Translations under genes and position numbers: made by a program | Part shown: one piece after another, positions 47,419 to 61,189 of the stretch | Numbering within the stretch: the stretch's first letter is position 1 | How the letters are laid out: every line of letters begins with the position of its first letter | Notes under the pieces: generated by a model | Database searches by the model: none | What the model was told of the DNA's origin: nothing | The model's input: only the letters and a program-made list of their open reading frames with translations | From: Malacoraja senta | Taxonomy: Eukaryota | Assembly: GCA_038087875.1 (NCBI GenBank) | Contig: JAXLNO010000562.1 | Span: 1 to 64,000 of the forward strand | Direction of reading: 5' to 3' | DNA: 64,000 nt

Positions 47419-48365
47419 CAAACAACCATTTGCAGGCAGTGCCTTTTCACTTCAACCCAAACCCCCCAACCATTTGCAGGCAGTCCCTTTTCACTTCAAC
47501 CCAAACCCCCCAAACAACCATTTGCAGGCAGTGCCTTTTCACTTCAACCCAAAACCCCCAAACAACCATTTGCAGGTAGTGCCTTTTCTATTCAACCCAA
47601 ACCCCCCAAACAACCATTTGCAGGCAGTGCCTTTTCACTTCAACCCAAACCCCCCAAACAACCATTTGCAGGCAGTGCCTTTTCACTTCAACCCAAACCC
47701 CCCAAACAACCATTTGCAGGCAGTGCCTTTTCACTTCAACCCAAAACCCCCAAACAACCATTTGCAGGTAGTGCCTTTTCTATTCAACCCAAACCCCCCA
47801 AACAACCATTTGCAGGCAGTGCCTTTTCACTTCAACCCAAACCCCCCAAACAACCATTTGCAGGCAGTGCCTTTTCACTTCAACCCAAACCCCCCAAACA
47901 ACCATTTGCAGGCAGTGCCTTTTCACTTCAACCCAAACCCCCCAAACAACCATTTGCAGGCAGTGCCTTTTTACTTCAACCCAAACGCCCCAAACAACCA
48001 TTTGCAGGCAGTGCCTTTTCACTTCAACCCAAACCCCCCCAAACAACCATTTGCAGGCAGTGCCTTTTCACTTCAACCCAAATCCCCCAAACAACCATTT
48101 GCAGGCAGTGCCTTTTCACTTCAACCCAAACCCCCCAAACAACCATTTGCAGGCAGTGCCTTTTCACTTCAACCCAAACCCCCCAAACAACCATTTGCAG
48201 GCCGTGCCTTTTCACTTCAACCCAACCCCCCCAAACAACCATTTGCAGGCAGTGCCATTTCACTTCAAGCCAAACCCCCCAACCATTTGCAGGCAGTGCC
48301 TTTTCACTTCAACCCAAAACCCCCAAACAACCATTTGCAGGCATTGCCTTTTTACTTCAAACCAA
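47419..48365. repeat. 48-bp minisatellite, about 20 copies
   Basis: CAAACAACCATTTGCAGGCAGTGCCTTTTCACTTCAACCCAAACCCCC; 20 TTTGCAGG occurrences counted by eye. Confidence 0.95.
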
Positions 48366-48979
48366 CCATATTTTCATTTTCAAACCACATTAAGAGCACT
48401 CACAGTTGAGTAGACATGTGTTCAGTGTTATTTAGAGCTCAGAGAGACGTGACCCTCTGGCTTCCTCCATCTTGCAGAGACTGTGAGGCACAACACTTCC
48501 TAGTTTTATAGTCCCTCCCCCTCCCTCCAGCAAGGGCAGCAGAGAGAATGGCAATTTAAAAACAAACATTAATATCTCTCTGATTTTTCATTGATGGGAA
48601 AAAATCCTCTGGTCCAGGAAGGCAGAGGGGGGATCTGAGCGAGGTGGCCAAAAATCACGGCCGTAGGTGGCGGCGTTCTCTTGGAAATCACAGCACAGTG
48701 AGCCAAAAGCGGTCAAGATCAGACTTTTAGTAATATAGATATATAAACATGTGCGAGTATGTGTATATATACACACACACTGAACTTTTTTTTTCCTCTC
48801 GTTTATCATATTATTTATTATGATTACATATTATGTTGTGCTGCAGCAAGTAAAATGTCATTGTTCTATCTGGGACATATGACAATAAAACACTCTTGAC
48901 TCTCTCTTGACTCTTGCTGTCTTTTCTAATACCTCTGAGTCACCTCGGGTTTCCTTGAGTGCTTTTTTCTTCTTTGACA

Positions 48980-50505
48980 GACCAGAGGGATCTGTGAGTA
49001 CATGGTTCCATGAAAGTGGCAGGTAGATAGAATGGTGAAGGTGGCATTTGGCACATAGGCCTTCATCAGTTAGGGTATTGAGTATGGAAGTTGGGACATT
49101 ATGTTACAGTTGTACAACACATTGGAGAGGATGCACTTGGAGTATTGTGGTCAGTTTTAGTAATTTTCTATGGGAAAGTTACCATTACACTGTAAAGAAT
49201 GCAGAGAAGATTTACAAGGGTAATGCCTGGACTGAATTATAGGAGGTTGGGCAGGCTAGGACTTTATTCCTTGGAATGCAGGAGGCGGAGGAGTGATCTT
49301 ATAGAGATGTATAAAATTATGAGGGGAATAGATAGGGTAAATGCACAAAGTCTATTACCCCAGAGTAGATCAAAACTAGAGGGCATAAGTTTCAGGTGAG
49401 AAGTGAAAAATGTAAAAGGAATTGAAGGGGCAACCTTTTCACACAGAAGGTAGTGGGTATATGGAACGAGCTACCAGAGGAAGTAGATGAGGCATGTACT
49501 ATAACAACATTTAAAAGACATCTGGACTGGCACATGGATAAGAAAGGTTTAGACGGATTTGGGCCAAATGTGGTCAATTGGTACTCGCTTAGATGGGGCA
49601 TCTTGCTTGGCATGGACTAAAGATCCACTTTCCAGGGTTTTTTACTCTATGATTATGTTCACATGTGCAAACGAAAGAAAGCTGCCTGGGAGGGTTAGCC
49701 TTGAGGAATATGCAGAAAGCTCCAGGTTGTTGGAAACGTTAAGGGAATGGGCAGATACAGAATGATGTAGATAAACACAAGGTTATCCAGTTTGATGGTA
49801 ATAACTGGAAAGTAGCTTGTTGAATGAATGGTGATAGATTTGGAAGTTGAATAACACCTTGAAGTGCTCCAGACGATGGAGGTAACAAATTGTATGCTGA
49901 TGTTCATAATGAGAGGATCCGAGCTTCAGAGCAAATATGTCTTGTTGTATTCATACACGGTTTGCAGAGACCGCATCTTAAATATTGTGTACAGTTTTCA
50001 TATCTTAACCTGAGGCAGGATGTTCTTGCAAGAGGATGCTCAGTAAATGTTCACCAGACTGATTCCCAGAGTGGAACGGCTTGTGTATGAAGAAAGATTG
50101 GTCAGTGAGGCTTAAATTTACTGGAGTTTAGAAGAAGAATTGAGGATCTCATAAAGTCTAGAAATTCTAATCAGATTGGCCAGATTAGATACTGGAAGGA
50201 AGTTTCTGACGACCGGGGAATCCAGAATCTGGGGTCACTAAGGGATAAACCATCTAAGACTGAGAGGAGGCGACATTTCTTCTCCCAGAGTGCTAATGAT
50301 TTGGTTTCAACAAAAGGGAGTTGAAACCAAATCATTAAATATATTCAACAGAAGCTAGATTGTATGGTTTGATTAGGAGGGATCAAGAGATATGGGGAAA
50401 AGCCGGAATGGGTTACTAAAAATTAGATGGTCAGTCATGATCGTATAGAATGGCAGATTAGGCATGGAAGACCAAATGCCCAACCACTGCTCTTATTTTC
50501 CAAGT
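48980..50505 (+). mobile_element. Two consecutive decayed CR1 3' fragments
   Basis: QRRFTRVMPGL..LGLYSLECRRRRSDLIEMYKI and RPHLKYCVQF motifs, each followed by a CR1-type tail. Confidence 0.75.
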
Positions 50506-52266
50506 TTCCATATGACAATATGTCATCAAATCTGTGGTATTACGCTCTATAACCACACTGACAACAAAATGGCTTTCCAAAGCCTCCCTCAAGTCTACAA
50601 TTCCTTCCAAGCTGTTGGTTTGTCCTGGAATTCTTGAAGAGCATTGTGGAATGCATTTCCCATGTGAGTAAGGCTCATTCAAGAAACCAGCCATTCACCT
50701 TTTGAAGAGCAACTAAGGATGGGAAAAATATGTTGGCCTTGTCAGCTGCAATCATGAAGGGAATTTACTTTTGCAATGAGTATGCGCTATAACCTGCAGT
50801 CCATCTTATATATGTGTGGGTATCCAGCTGACAACATTTTTCGCTTTGGTTTTCAGTGCAATTAATCGATTCCAAGGAAAAGCAAAATTGCTTCAAGAGT
50901 CGGAGACAAGATTACCACATTCCATCTCGAACGAGTTAGAATATTGTTTAGTTGTGCAAGGACAACACTTGCAGATCCAAGGACATCTATTGGGGGTTGC
51001 AACTATGGACATAGGTACATAAGTTTCATCAGCAGATGTGAGGTTTGGCAATATTCCTCCCAAATCCTGAACATTAGCTCAATGATGGTGAGTTAATTTG
51101 GTGACGCAAGACAATAGGGCATGGAAAAGTGCAGCACAGGACAGATCCTACAGCCCACAAACTCTGTACCGAACATGATGCCAAGATAAACTAATCTCAA
51201 TTACATATCCATGTGCCTATCTAAAAGCATCTTAAATGCCAACAATTCCATAACTATTGTTTTTGCAGTCTTTCACAGACAGAAGAGATGAAATCCCCAA
51301 TCTTTGATTAGAGACCAAAGATGACATTGCTAATGCACTGACCTGTTGAACAATGTGAAAAGTGTCAATGTTTAATCATCTCAGCTTGGAATAATCTATA
51401 AGATAAATTCAGATTGACAGTAACTTTCACTAATGCAGATACATACTTGGAGCTCTGCCTACAGAGGTTAACGGATCTCTGTCACCTTCAAAAACATTAG
51501 TCTCTGGTTATATCTTTCCTGAGAGAACTGGAAGTCAGAAAACTTTTGAGATGTGTTGTCCTGGCAAGAACCATTACACTCCACATTTGAGATCCCCAGG
51601 CAAGTCTGTTTTACCTTTTAGTCCTCTTCTTTTGCTCTCATCTCTACTGCATGCTCAGTAAGCTAATTTCCAAAGTACTCATTCGTTTAAGGTGCAGTAG
51701 GCATCCTTAATATCCGTTTTCCTCTCAGCTTTACTCATGATTTCAAACAGCTGTACCTTGGTATTTTGACTGAAATTTGAGATCTGTAGCTGACTCTTCA
51801 GTAAATTGCAAGCAACTGGTGTAATTACTGTTACAATTTGTGTGGACCAGATATTGGTAAGTAGATAATCATGATACAATTTCAAACCGAGCCTCCAATT
51901 GGATGGCAATTGATATAATCTGTGCATGTCCTGTATGTGCTGGTACAGCAGGAAACAGAGGAGCGTAGTTTAAGTGTGAAAAATACTTTTCCACTATTTT
52001 CATAGGAAACTAATGAGTTATTGCAATGCTTCATTCAACCACCAAATATATATCTATGCCCTTGCGGAGTGTACCCATCATCATTTTCAATTTCTTTTCT
52101 TGGTATCATTAATATGCTTATATAACTAATTTCTGATGAGAGGTATATCATTGGAAAATATATTTTAAGCAAGAGGTGATTTTGTTCTAAATTAATATTT
52201 CAGATTTGCACCGTGCAATATGTTGAATCATCTTATACATTATTAAATTATTTCATTATAAATTAC

Positions 52267-52428
52267 CCTTGGTTTCAGGTTGTGCCATTCCATTTGCTTG
52301 TTGGTCCAATTCCACTTTTCCAATTCTACGTCTATTTCACCCAGAAAATTGTTTCGTCCAAATGTGTCATTGTGCCAAACAGAAAGGTTCAGAGTCTGTG
52401 CCATCAGGACATCTTTCTCAACTTTATA
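52267..52428 (-). CDS. SYTL2: SYTL2 C2A exon
   Basis: GACAG| YKVEKDVLMAQTLNLSVWHNDTFGRNNFLGEIDVELEKWNWTNKQMEWHNLKPR |GTAATT; 162 nt. Confidence 0.92.
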
Positions 52429-54074
52429 CTGTCACATGAGATATCGAGGACACAATCAGAATGGAAACAAAAAGTTGATAAACATTGATATTACAAAAAT
52501 ACTTTTTTTCCCTTCATGACGAGCTAGTCCTTGGACATTTGTTAACCACTTAAAGACTATTCATTAAAATATACATCAAGTATTCTTAAACCTTGCATGT
52601 TTAGTACTAATTATCTTATACTTGTGTCTCTTAAAGTTGCTAAACAGGAAATAAATAATTGACTACAACTTTTGTGGAAGGTAATCAGGAGTTTTTTATC
52701 TGCACTTTCCCTGTACCAGTAACACAATATTCTGTGATCGGGTTTAGTTTCTCTTTTTGCACTTCTTGTCGCACTCAAGTGTGGTCTAATAGCACACAAA
52801 ACAAACCTTTTCACTGTATCTCTGTACTTATGGTAATAATAAATATCAATAGCAAATTCAGAAAAGAGTGTGTCATTAAACAAATATTGTACTCTATGCA
52901 ATTAAACAAAAACAATTACCACATATTTCATGACGACAGCAAATAATGGACCCAAGTATTACACAGGCAAATGTTATACATTCTAAAAGGTTTTTATATT
53001 TCTATTTTAGACTTCATGCTACAAATTAGGCTGGACAAGCAACAGTAAAGTGGTTCTTTCTCAGTCCCTTTAATCTCATTACACACCTGCCTGGTTTTAC
53101 TGCGTTGGTATTAAACAGGCAGCATAGATCCTAACATCATGAAAATCTGGCATCACAAGAAAGGGAAAGCAAAGACACAAATATTTAAATGTACAGTAAC
53201 TAAAAGAGTGCAAATTGAAAGGAAAGGAGATCCTCTGCTCCATCATAGCCTGTCGGAGTTCCAATTTCTCACTGTGGTCCAAGTCTATGACAAATAATTC
53301 TGAACTCTAGAAAACGATGTGCAGAGAAAATAGCCTTTCAGTGTGAAGCATTCTTTGTAATTGTATAAAGTTCTATGAGAGCATGTCTCGTTCTTCAATG
53401 CACATGGGTCTAATCTGCCCTAATTTTGAGTATATGACGGCCCTCATATCTTGAGAATCAATATAGTGAACTTTGCACACACTCCATCTCAGGGCATGTA
53501 TATATTTCCTTTAACAAGGAAATGAAATGCAGCACTGGATACGAGTTTATCAATAATCTCTATAATTGGAATGTCTCTTTTACCCTCACTCTAGCCCCAT
53601 CAGAGTAAAGGCTGAAGTAATTGCTTGCTCATCCAATTAATCTTCCTGCATGTGCAATTTATTAGCATTTCCTCTAATACATCACACCAAATGTTAACCA
53701 CTTCTCGAACCTTTAGAATTCAAAAGGAATACAAACCTTGTTTATGAAAGTAGAGTTACATTTTAATTCCAAGATCCAGCATTATTCTGGTGCAATTTGC
53801 AACACAATTTCGACAAATGTGTAGAGACTATTTTTGGCTTGCATCGCAAATGTCACACTGTGAAATTTGCTTAGAATTGTCCTGCAATAGGATATATAAT
53901 CTGCAAGAGTTTCTGGTGAGTCATCCCTGGACAAGCAGTCTCTGCCAATGCATTTAAATGTGAAAAAGTAATTTCCTTTTATTATTGATTTATATTTTAA
54001 ATGAAATGTCAAAAACAGTGAGGAGGAATTATGTATAACTAAAGTTGAATTACAGAAAAGAATGCCCCCCTTAC

Positions 54075-54177
54075 CCTTAGTATTTCATTGTAGATTGGAT
54101 TCAAAGTTTTCTTCTTCACTGTTGTTTTCTTCTTACCCATTTTAACTTTATCTGGAAGCAGGTAGCTTTTCACATAT
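54075..54177 (-). CDS. SYTL2: SYTL2 C2A exon
   Basis: [47 protein letters not shown]; 103 nt. Confidence 0.92.
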
Positions 54178-54382
54178 CTAAAAGAACAAGAACATGAGGC
54201 AATGGATATATGGATTTATGTGATTTATGTTTTAAATTGCTTGAGCTTGCATTCTATTTTTTCTCATTTATATATTAAAGTAATTATTGTTGGAAAACGC
54301 CATTTAGCGCATTATATTTCACCCATTCAAGTAGTTTCATCTATTTTGCATCCAGTTGTTTAAGACTGGATTTTTTCCCTGG

Positions 54383-54660
54383 TAGACTTGGTTTGATCCT
54401 GACCTCTGGTCCTGTCTGTGTGGAGTTTGCACCTTCTCCCTGTGACAGCATGGGTTTCCTCTGGGTGCTCCGGTTTTCTCCCACATCCCAAAGATAGTGT
54501 GGGTTTGTCGGTTAATTAGCCTCTGTCAATTGCCTCAAGTCTGTAGGGAGTGGATGAGAAAGTGGGATAACATAGAACTACTGTGAACGGGTGAGCAATG
54601 GTCGGCATGGACTCAGTGGGCCGAAGGGCCTTTTTCCATGCTAAATCCAAACTAAACTAA
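54383..54660 (+). mobile_element. HE1/V-SINE-like copy
   Basis: Same central domain and GGGCCGAAGGGCC...(TAAAC)n tail as 22706-23010. Confidence 0.8.
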
Positions 54661-55584
54661 TATCCCAATACCATTCCTAAATGCATCTTTTACCACCCTT
54701 AATTTCTATCTTAATCATCTTACCCTCCAATTAATATTTGTTTTAGCTTTACTATTAGCTCATTATTCCGTGCTTACTTTATATTTTAGTCCTTTATATG
54801 TGATGAGAATCCTTACTCTGCTTTATGCCACACTTGCTATTTAAACATCATTTCAGTGATCAGTGTTAGGCCTGGGTGTGGTTCCTAGATCTTTGTCCTG
54901 TATCACTCCTAGTTTTCTGTCAAATTACTTTCATTAGGCAAAATAGAACATTATATGGATTTAATCCACCAAAAAAAGAGCTGCAGCATTCAATTGTAAT
55001 ATACTGAATGCTGATTACTCCTCTACATTGGTTGGAAATGACAGTTGGAGAGAATGATTATCTAGTTGTCTTCCAAGGTTATTGGAGTTTCCAACAACAA
55101 ACATGCAGTGAGCATATTTCAACAAATTCTCGAGCTGTTGCCACTTAATTTTTCCTCAAAAGGGCATTCCGATTACTTACAGATTACTTTATCTGTATTA
55201 TTCTATCCACTTAACTTATTTGATTAATTTAATATTGTTTATACCCTTTCTCCTATTTGACACTGAATGCACTCTCCTTTAAGTTTATAAATCCAGATTG
55301 GCCAAAATCCTCCACGTAGTATTTCTTTTCACCATTGAATCAATTTTGCATCCATTCTCTAGATTTACCTCAAATCCACAATGTTTTGATTTAAATTAGT
55401 AGCCTATTGATAGAAATGTTGTCGGTCATTTAAGGTTCGTACAGCACATTATCGTCACATCCACATGACTTGGAATGCATTGTCCAAAAGATGGTAAAAG
55501 TAATATTAAAATGTAATCCTGCAAGAGAATTAAGTATTTACTTAAAGAAATGAAAATATCCCAATACTCTGGGAAAGAGTAAAA

Positions 55585-55892
55585 GAGTAGGGGAATCGAG
55601 GACCAGAGGACATAGGTTCAAGGTGGAGGGGAAAAGATTTAATAGGAATCCGAGGGGTAACTTTTTCACACAAAGGGTGGTGGGTGTATGGAACAAGCTG
55701 CCAGAGGAGGTTGTTGAGGCTGGGACTATCCCAACGTTTAAGAAACAGTTGGACAGTTTCATGGATAGGACAGGTTTGGAGGCCTATGGACCAAACGCAG
55801 GCAGGTGGGACGTATAGCTGGGACATGACATGTTGGCCGGTATGGGCAAGTTGGGCCGAAGGGCCTGCCTGTTTCCACATTGTATCACTCTA
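55585..55892 (+). mobile_element. CR1 3' end
   Basis: TRGHRFKVEGKRFNRNPRGNFFTQRVVGVWNKLPEEVV; close to 290-558. Confidence 0.88.
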
Positions 55893-56429
55893 TCCTCATA
55901 AGATATAAAGGATAATTAAGATCTTCCTAATGCCCACTAACCCATACATAATGGCTGCCAATGCCTTATGAAGCTTATACTTAATGTATCCCAGTATTAT
56001 ATATCTTTGTCGGAGGCCTTTTCACCCATCATGAATATACCTGCTAATTAGTTTTCCAGCGAGTTTCATTATTTTCTTTTATTCTTTCCCAGAGTATTGG
56101 AATATTTTCTTTTAAGATTAAATACTTAATTCTCTTGCAGGATTACATTTTAATAGTACTTTTACCATTTTTTAGACAATCCATTCCAAGTCAGGCTATA
56201 TCAGTGCTTGAAATAGGAAAAAAAAATCTTCTGTGAAGATTGAATGTACCTTCAGATGCTGACGAAAAGTAATTAAAAATCAACATTACAGTATTGAGGA
56301 GCCTATCAGATAATAAGATTTAGTGACATAGAGATTTCCCAAAATATCATTTTTTATGCTGTGTTTAAACATTATTCAATATTTTTAAGCAGCAGTTTGA
56401 TTACCATTGACCACAAATGATCACAAGAT

Positions 56430-56990
56430 GTTAGGTCATAAATGATAGGAGCAGAATTAGGCCATCAGGTCTACTCCGCCATTCAATCATGGCTGATCTA
56501 TCTCTCCCTCCTAACCCCATTCTCCTGCCATTTTTTCTTCTTTTTTTTTGTTTGTTTGTTTGTTGTTATGACTGCAGAAACGCAATTTCGTTTGAACTTA
56601 TGTTCAAATGACAATAAACGATTCTGATTCTGATTCTCCCTCTAACCCCTGACACCCGTACTAATCAAAAATCTATCTATCTCTGCCTTAAAAATATCCA
56701 TCGACAGCCTCCACAACCTTCGCGGCAAAGAATCCCACAGATTCACCACCCTCTGCCTGAAGAAATTCCTCCTCCTCTCCTTTCTAAAGGAACATCCATT
56801 AATTCTGAGACTATGACCTCGAGTCCTAGACTCTCCTACTAGTGGAAACATCCTCTCCACATCCACTCTATCCAAGCCCTTCACTATTCGGTACATTTCA
56901 ATGAGGTCCCCCCTCATTCTTATAAACTCCAGCGAGTACAGGCCCAGCGCCGTCAAACGCTCATCATATATTAAGCCATTCATTCCTGAG
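56430..56990 (-). mobile_element. CR1 3' fragment with a small inserted LINE tail
   Basis: YDERLTALGLYSLEFIRMRGDLIEMY...TRGHSLRI...FFRQRVVNLWDSLP. Confidence 0.85.
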
Positions 56991-57263
56991 TTCAGCCAGC
57001 AATGCCTTAGATGAGCAGCAATAATTCAGAATAATCATTTCCAGTGATTGTACACACCCCGATCCCTTAGAAATATGTTCTTCCAACCTGTATAAGGATA
57101 CTTAGGATTATATTTCAGATCCATACACTGGATACATTTCATAGACCGTCATCATCACAGAGGGTATGCAACATATATTTGAAATACAATACATATATAG
57201 TACGGAAATATTGTGAGAGGAAGGAATAATAATAATAATAATAATAAAGAATAAAATACTAAC

Positions 57264-57433
57264 GGATCAGATCGATTTTTCTTTTCATCGGCAGCTGCCA
57301 GGTCCGAGCAACGTACAACAAATATATGGAATTCCTTCAGCTTGTCGACATAATCCAATGAAAACTGAATTTTCCCTCTGACATCAATATTTCCAAAGTC
57401 ATCACTGTAGATGCTCATTATACTCCCACTAGC
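57264..57433 (-). CDS. SYTL2: SYTL2 exon, start of C2A
   Basis: [68 protein letters not shown]; 170 nt. Confidence 0.92.
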
Positions 57434-59643
57434 CTGTTAACATTCAAACAGTCCGCCAATTAAATACCATGATTATAAGCTAAGAAAATTGGTTATGCAA
57501 ATACAGCTTCATGAATCCTTCAGTATTGCAAAATACAACTTTTACTACTGTCCTTTGTATTCTGTCAAGCATTTCTTACAAATTTGTTTTCCTTTAAAAT
57601 TAATTAAGTAATATTCAATAATGAGGAAACAAATAGCAATGTTGAACAAATTATACATAACTAGTGGTTGTATTCAAGGATAAAACACCATTTTACAGAT
57701 GTATTGTAGAGAACACTTCACATATTCTATTCTCCTGCGTTTTGAACAATCTTACCTTTAATATAATGGCAAATATCTTACCAATTTTCAGATCCAACAA
57801 ATACATTTAAATGTTTTGTACCTGGGGTTTTGCAGTAAGGGAATGGAGAAACAAACAGTGCAAGTAGACATTTCAACTTTTTTAAAACTGCTACCAGGCC
57901 ATTAACTTTCCTGATTTGGATTTTAAAAAGTGGGATTATGGAACAATTTGTTTTTGTTTGTGATTATTACTATCAAACATTTCAGCTAATTTCTTGTTAT
58001 CCTGCCAGAGTTAAAATTGTACATGTTGATGGCCAGGTGCTGTCTGAGGCTTCCTGCTGTGGTCTGACTTCATTTGCCCAGTTTGCTGAGCAGCTCTAAC
58101 TAAGAGTGATGCAGTATAGGATGCATTGCATATTCTGTTTTTGTCTGTCTTAAATGATGATTGAATGCATCAACTTAAAACAACTTAAGAGAATGCAGAT
58201 CCCCAAAACCCTGACATCTGAAACAAGGCAGAGAAAGCATCTATATTACTTTATGTATTATTACAGCCATTTATTTGTTTCCTAACTTTAACTCCTCAAA
58301 CCTGTATTTGGCACCCAGCTCCTCGTTAATTTATTTTTTGAAAATCTTTGCTTAAAACAGGCCAGCTGTACTTCTGCATGTTAGTGAACAATGCTACAAA
58401 TAACACAGTCAATTCATGCAAAATAGTAAACACACAAACAGAAATACTTCTGGATGATGCTGCATATTAGTGCACAAACAGAAAAAAAAATGCAAGTGAT
58501 TTGCTTCATGGTATATTATTGCAGTGAATCAAAGTTATTGGCAGCTGGTAAGCAGAGTGCACACAAAGGTATTTGTCAATAGTACAGCCACATCACAAGC
58601 CAGTGACCAATTGAAAAAATCCTCCAGTGTCTCCAGGAAATGTCATTCACTCACCCATGTCATTTCTGCTGACCAACTAGTGAGAAAGAATTATCCTGTG
58701 ACTATTAGGCTGAAATAGTTCAAAACTGCAGAGGCTGAATGTACTAAATGTGAATGGATTTTGCCCCAAGTTCATTTGTACTGCAATGGTACTCATCGCC
58801 AATTCCAAATGATTTTAAATGAAGTTGCACTGGTGTAATCAAAGTAATTGGACAGGAATCTGGAAAGGAAGTGGAAAGCTCGAGGTGTGAATGGCCCTAT
58901 TGGAACTGGTGATAGAGCAGGAGTGAGACGCTGGGGAATAGTAGAAAATGAATGATTGGGAAGAAAAGCAGGGATTTTGTTTCTTGGGACAAAGGCTGGG
59001 GTACTGCAACAGGAAGGAGTTACATAACTATAATGGATTAAAGATATTTACACGAGGAATAAAACTTGCTCATAAGGATAGGCGTTGGGACCAGTGCAGC
59101 TCACAATTTTCGTAAATGATTAAGACGAGAATTGGAAACACAATTTTAAAACCTGCAGAAGATACCAGACTGAAGGAGGAGTAGTCATAAAGGAAGACCA
59201 CATCAAAATATAGGATTGGAATGTAAATGGTAAATTAATTTCAAAGGTATTGGATTTCAGTAGAAGGGATAAATAGACCACATACTGCCAGGAGTAGAAT
59301 AGTGGGTTGATTCTCCCTGCATCTGGCCAGTGGTTCCAAAAGAAATTCAGCTATTTGTATAACTTTGAACCTCTAAGGATGGGTTTGTCCAAATGGTTGT
59401 TTGTATTATATACAGTAGTTGTGCAGGATCTGAAATAACCCATCATCCTAATAGATAACTGTCTGCCTCCATTTAACACTTCCATAAGAATTGTTAACTA
59501 AGATCTTTTGGGAATACAGTTAGTTCATATGACAAATTGTTAGTTGGGTGGATGAGACTGTTTTAATATTTCTCCTTATTCTCCTGGATAACAAAATATA
59601 GTTAGTAAAAGCATTATGATGAAATAACGCAAGTTTTACATAC

Positions 59644-59757
59644 AGAGGATCTGGATGTCATGCCAGAAGAGCTGCTAATGTTTGTTAATGAGCTTGCGAT
59701 CGTTCCATGCTTGTTCATCTGGAAGCTCCTTTCCGACCTCGAGTCTGCATCATCATT
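59644..59757 (-). CDS. SYTL2: SYTL2 Ser-rich exon before C2A
   Basis: CATAG| NDDADSRSERSFQMNKHGTIASSLTNISSSSGMTSRSS |GTATGT; SSLTNxSSSSGMTS matches Slp2; 114 nt, phase 0. Confidence 0.85.
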
Positions 59758-60182
59758 CTATGGAATTCCATAATCAATTATCTGCTGTCAATTGCATTTC
59801 AATATCTTTATAAAGTGGTTTACTCTAAGAGGAAACGACTGGATATCTGGTAAACTAAAGGATGACATGTTACTGAAAACCAAGACAAAATGCTAGTTAT
59901 CATTTTTTGAACAGTTTCACCCATCAAATTGCAATTAAACATATAACGCATAATTATATCCAAATATAAGAATAATCATTGGCTCCTCATGCAGACAATT
60001 TGCAATAATCTCAACTCAGTAATTTGTCACAACTGCTCGATATTATTGATTTCTCCCCAATGGTCAAAGCTGCTGATCAATCAGAAAACCATCGTAAGTA
60101 CTGGTTTAGTCCCGCGGCAGAACAGATAGTTTAAAAACAAAAGATGTATTACTAATTTTATAGTATGTATGTGATTTCAAAA

Positions 60183-60470
60183 GTCACAGTAGCACAGCAG
60201 TAGATTTGCTGCCTTACAGCGCCATAGACCACGGGTTCGATCCTGACTTCAGGTGATGTCAATATAGAATTTGCACGTTCTCCATGTGACCGCACGGGTT
60301 TTCTCCAGGTGCATCGGTATCCTCCCACATTCCAAAAACGTGGAAGTTTGTAGGTTAATTGGCTTCTGTTAATTTTCCCTAGTGTGTAGGATAGAACTAG
60401 TATACGGGAGATCGCTAGTCGGTGCAGACTCAGTGGGCCAAAGAGCCTTGTTTCCATGCTTTAGTTTAAA
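60183..60470 (+). mobile_element. HE1/V-SINE-like copy
   Basis: GCTGCCTTACAGCGCC..GGTTCGATCC head, TTTGCACGTTCTCC central domain, CR1-like tail. Confidence 0.8.
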
Positions 60471-61189
60471 CAGGCGCTAATTTTGAATTGTAACCTGATA
60501 TTCTAATAGGGAATAAAATAATGTAATCATTTATAGTCTTTGGCTGATACACAATCACATGTTTAACAAATCGCTGACGGAAATGGGTTCCCGCAGCAAA
60601 TGCAGTAAAACATAACAAGCTGTATATTAAGTTTCTTAAATTGTCATTGCAGCCGTAATTATTTGAGGACATATGTTTTCTAAAGCATTTGAGAACTATA
60701 TTAAATATATAAATTGGCTATGATTAGGTGATTTACTGAACTGAGAAACTACCCGAGAATACGTCCTGACCAACAAAATACAATAAATTGTCCACCTCGG
60801 TCCATCTCAATTTAGAGCAATTTCAATTTGCATACAAAACTAGATCTAAAAAAATGCATTATTAATGCAAATAAATTCTTGATAGATCTTGTTCTATGCA
60901 TAAATAGTGGATATCAATTTCTGACCTGGACTACTATGGTCTCACGTGAGGGAGAAATCACAGTAAAGTACTGGTTGTCAAGTAAACACTGAGACTCAAA
61001 TGACACAACCTCACCTCATTGACACTGACTATAATATTGCCAGGTAGATAGTGGTGGGGTATAAACTGAAATGAAGAACTTAGTGGGCCAAAGTCAATGA
61101 CAGGACTTCATTACTGTGACAGGACTTTATTACTGCAGTGTATATAATGGTAACTGTAACTTTAAGTACTGTACTAGAATGGTATGATT

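Larger units (their letters stand above)
46505..48739 (-). mobile_element. Non-autonomous Helitron, unit B (2235 bp) with minisatellites
   Basis: Host A|TCTATATTACTAAAAGTCT 5' end; 3' hairpin GGATCCAACGGGTCCC then ACTTAGTCTAG joined directly to the TC of unit A. Confidence 0.8.

Noticed and set aside
47405..48409. 334-aa repetitive ORF (NHLQAVPFHFNPNPPN)n, or a CRISPR-like array
   Set aside because: A by-product of a stop-free 48-bp minisatellite inside a Helitron; the frame shifts mid-array, and there are no unique spacers or cas genes.
51446..51520. Possible extra SYTL2 exon ending at a GTATGT donor
   Set aside because: Nearby frames have stops, there is no Slp2 similarity, and the expected linker exon is already found at 41738-41813.
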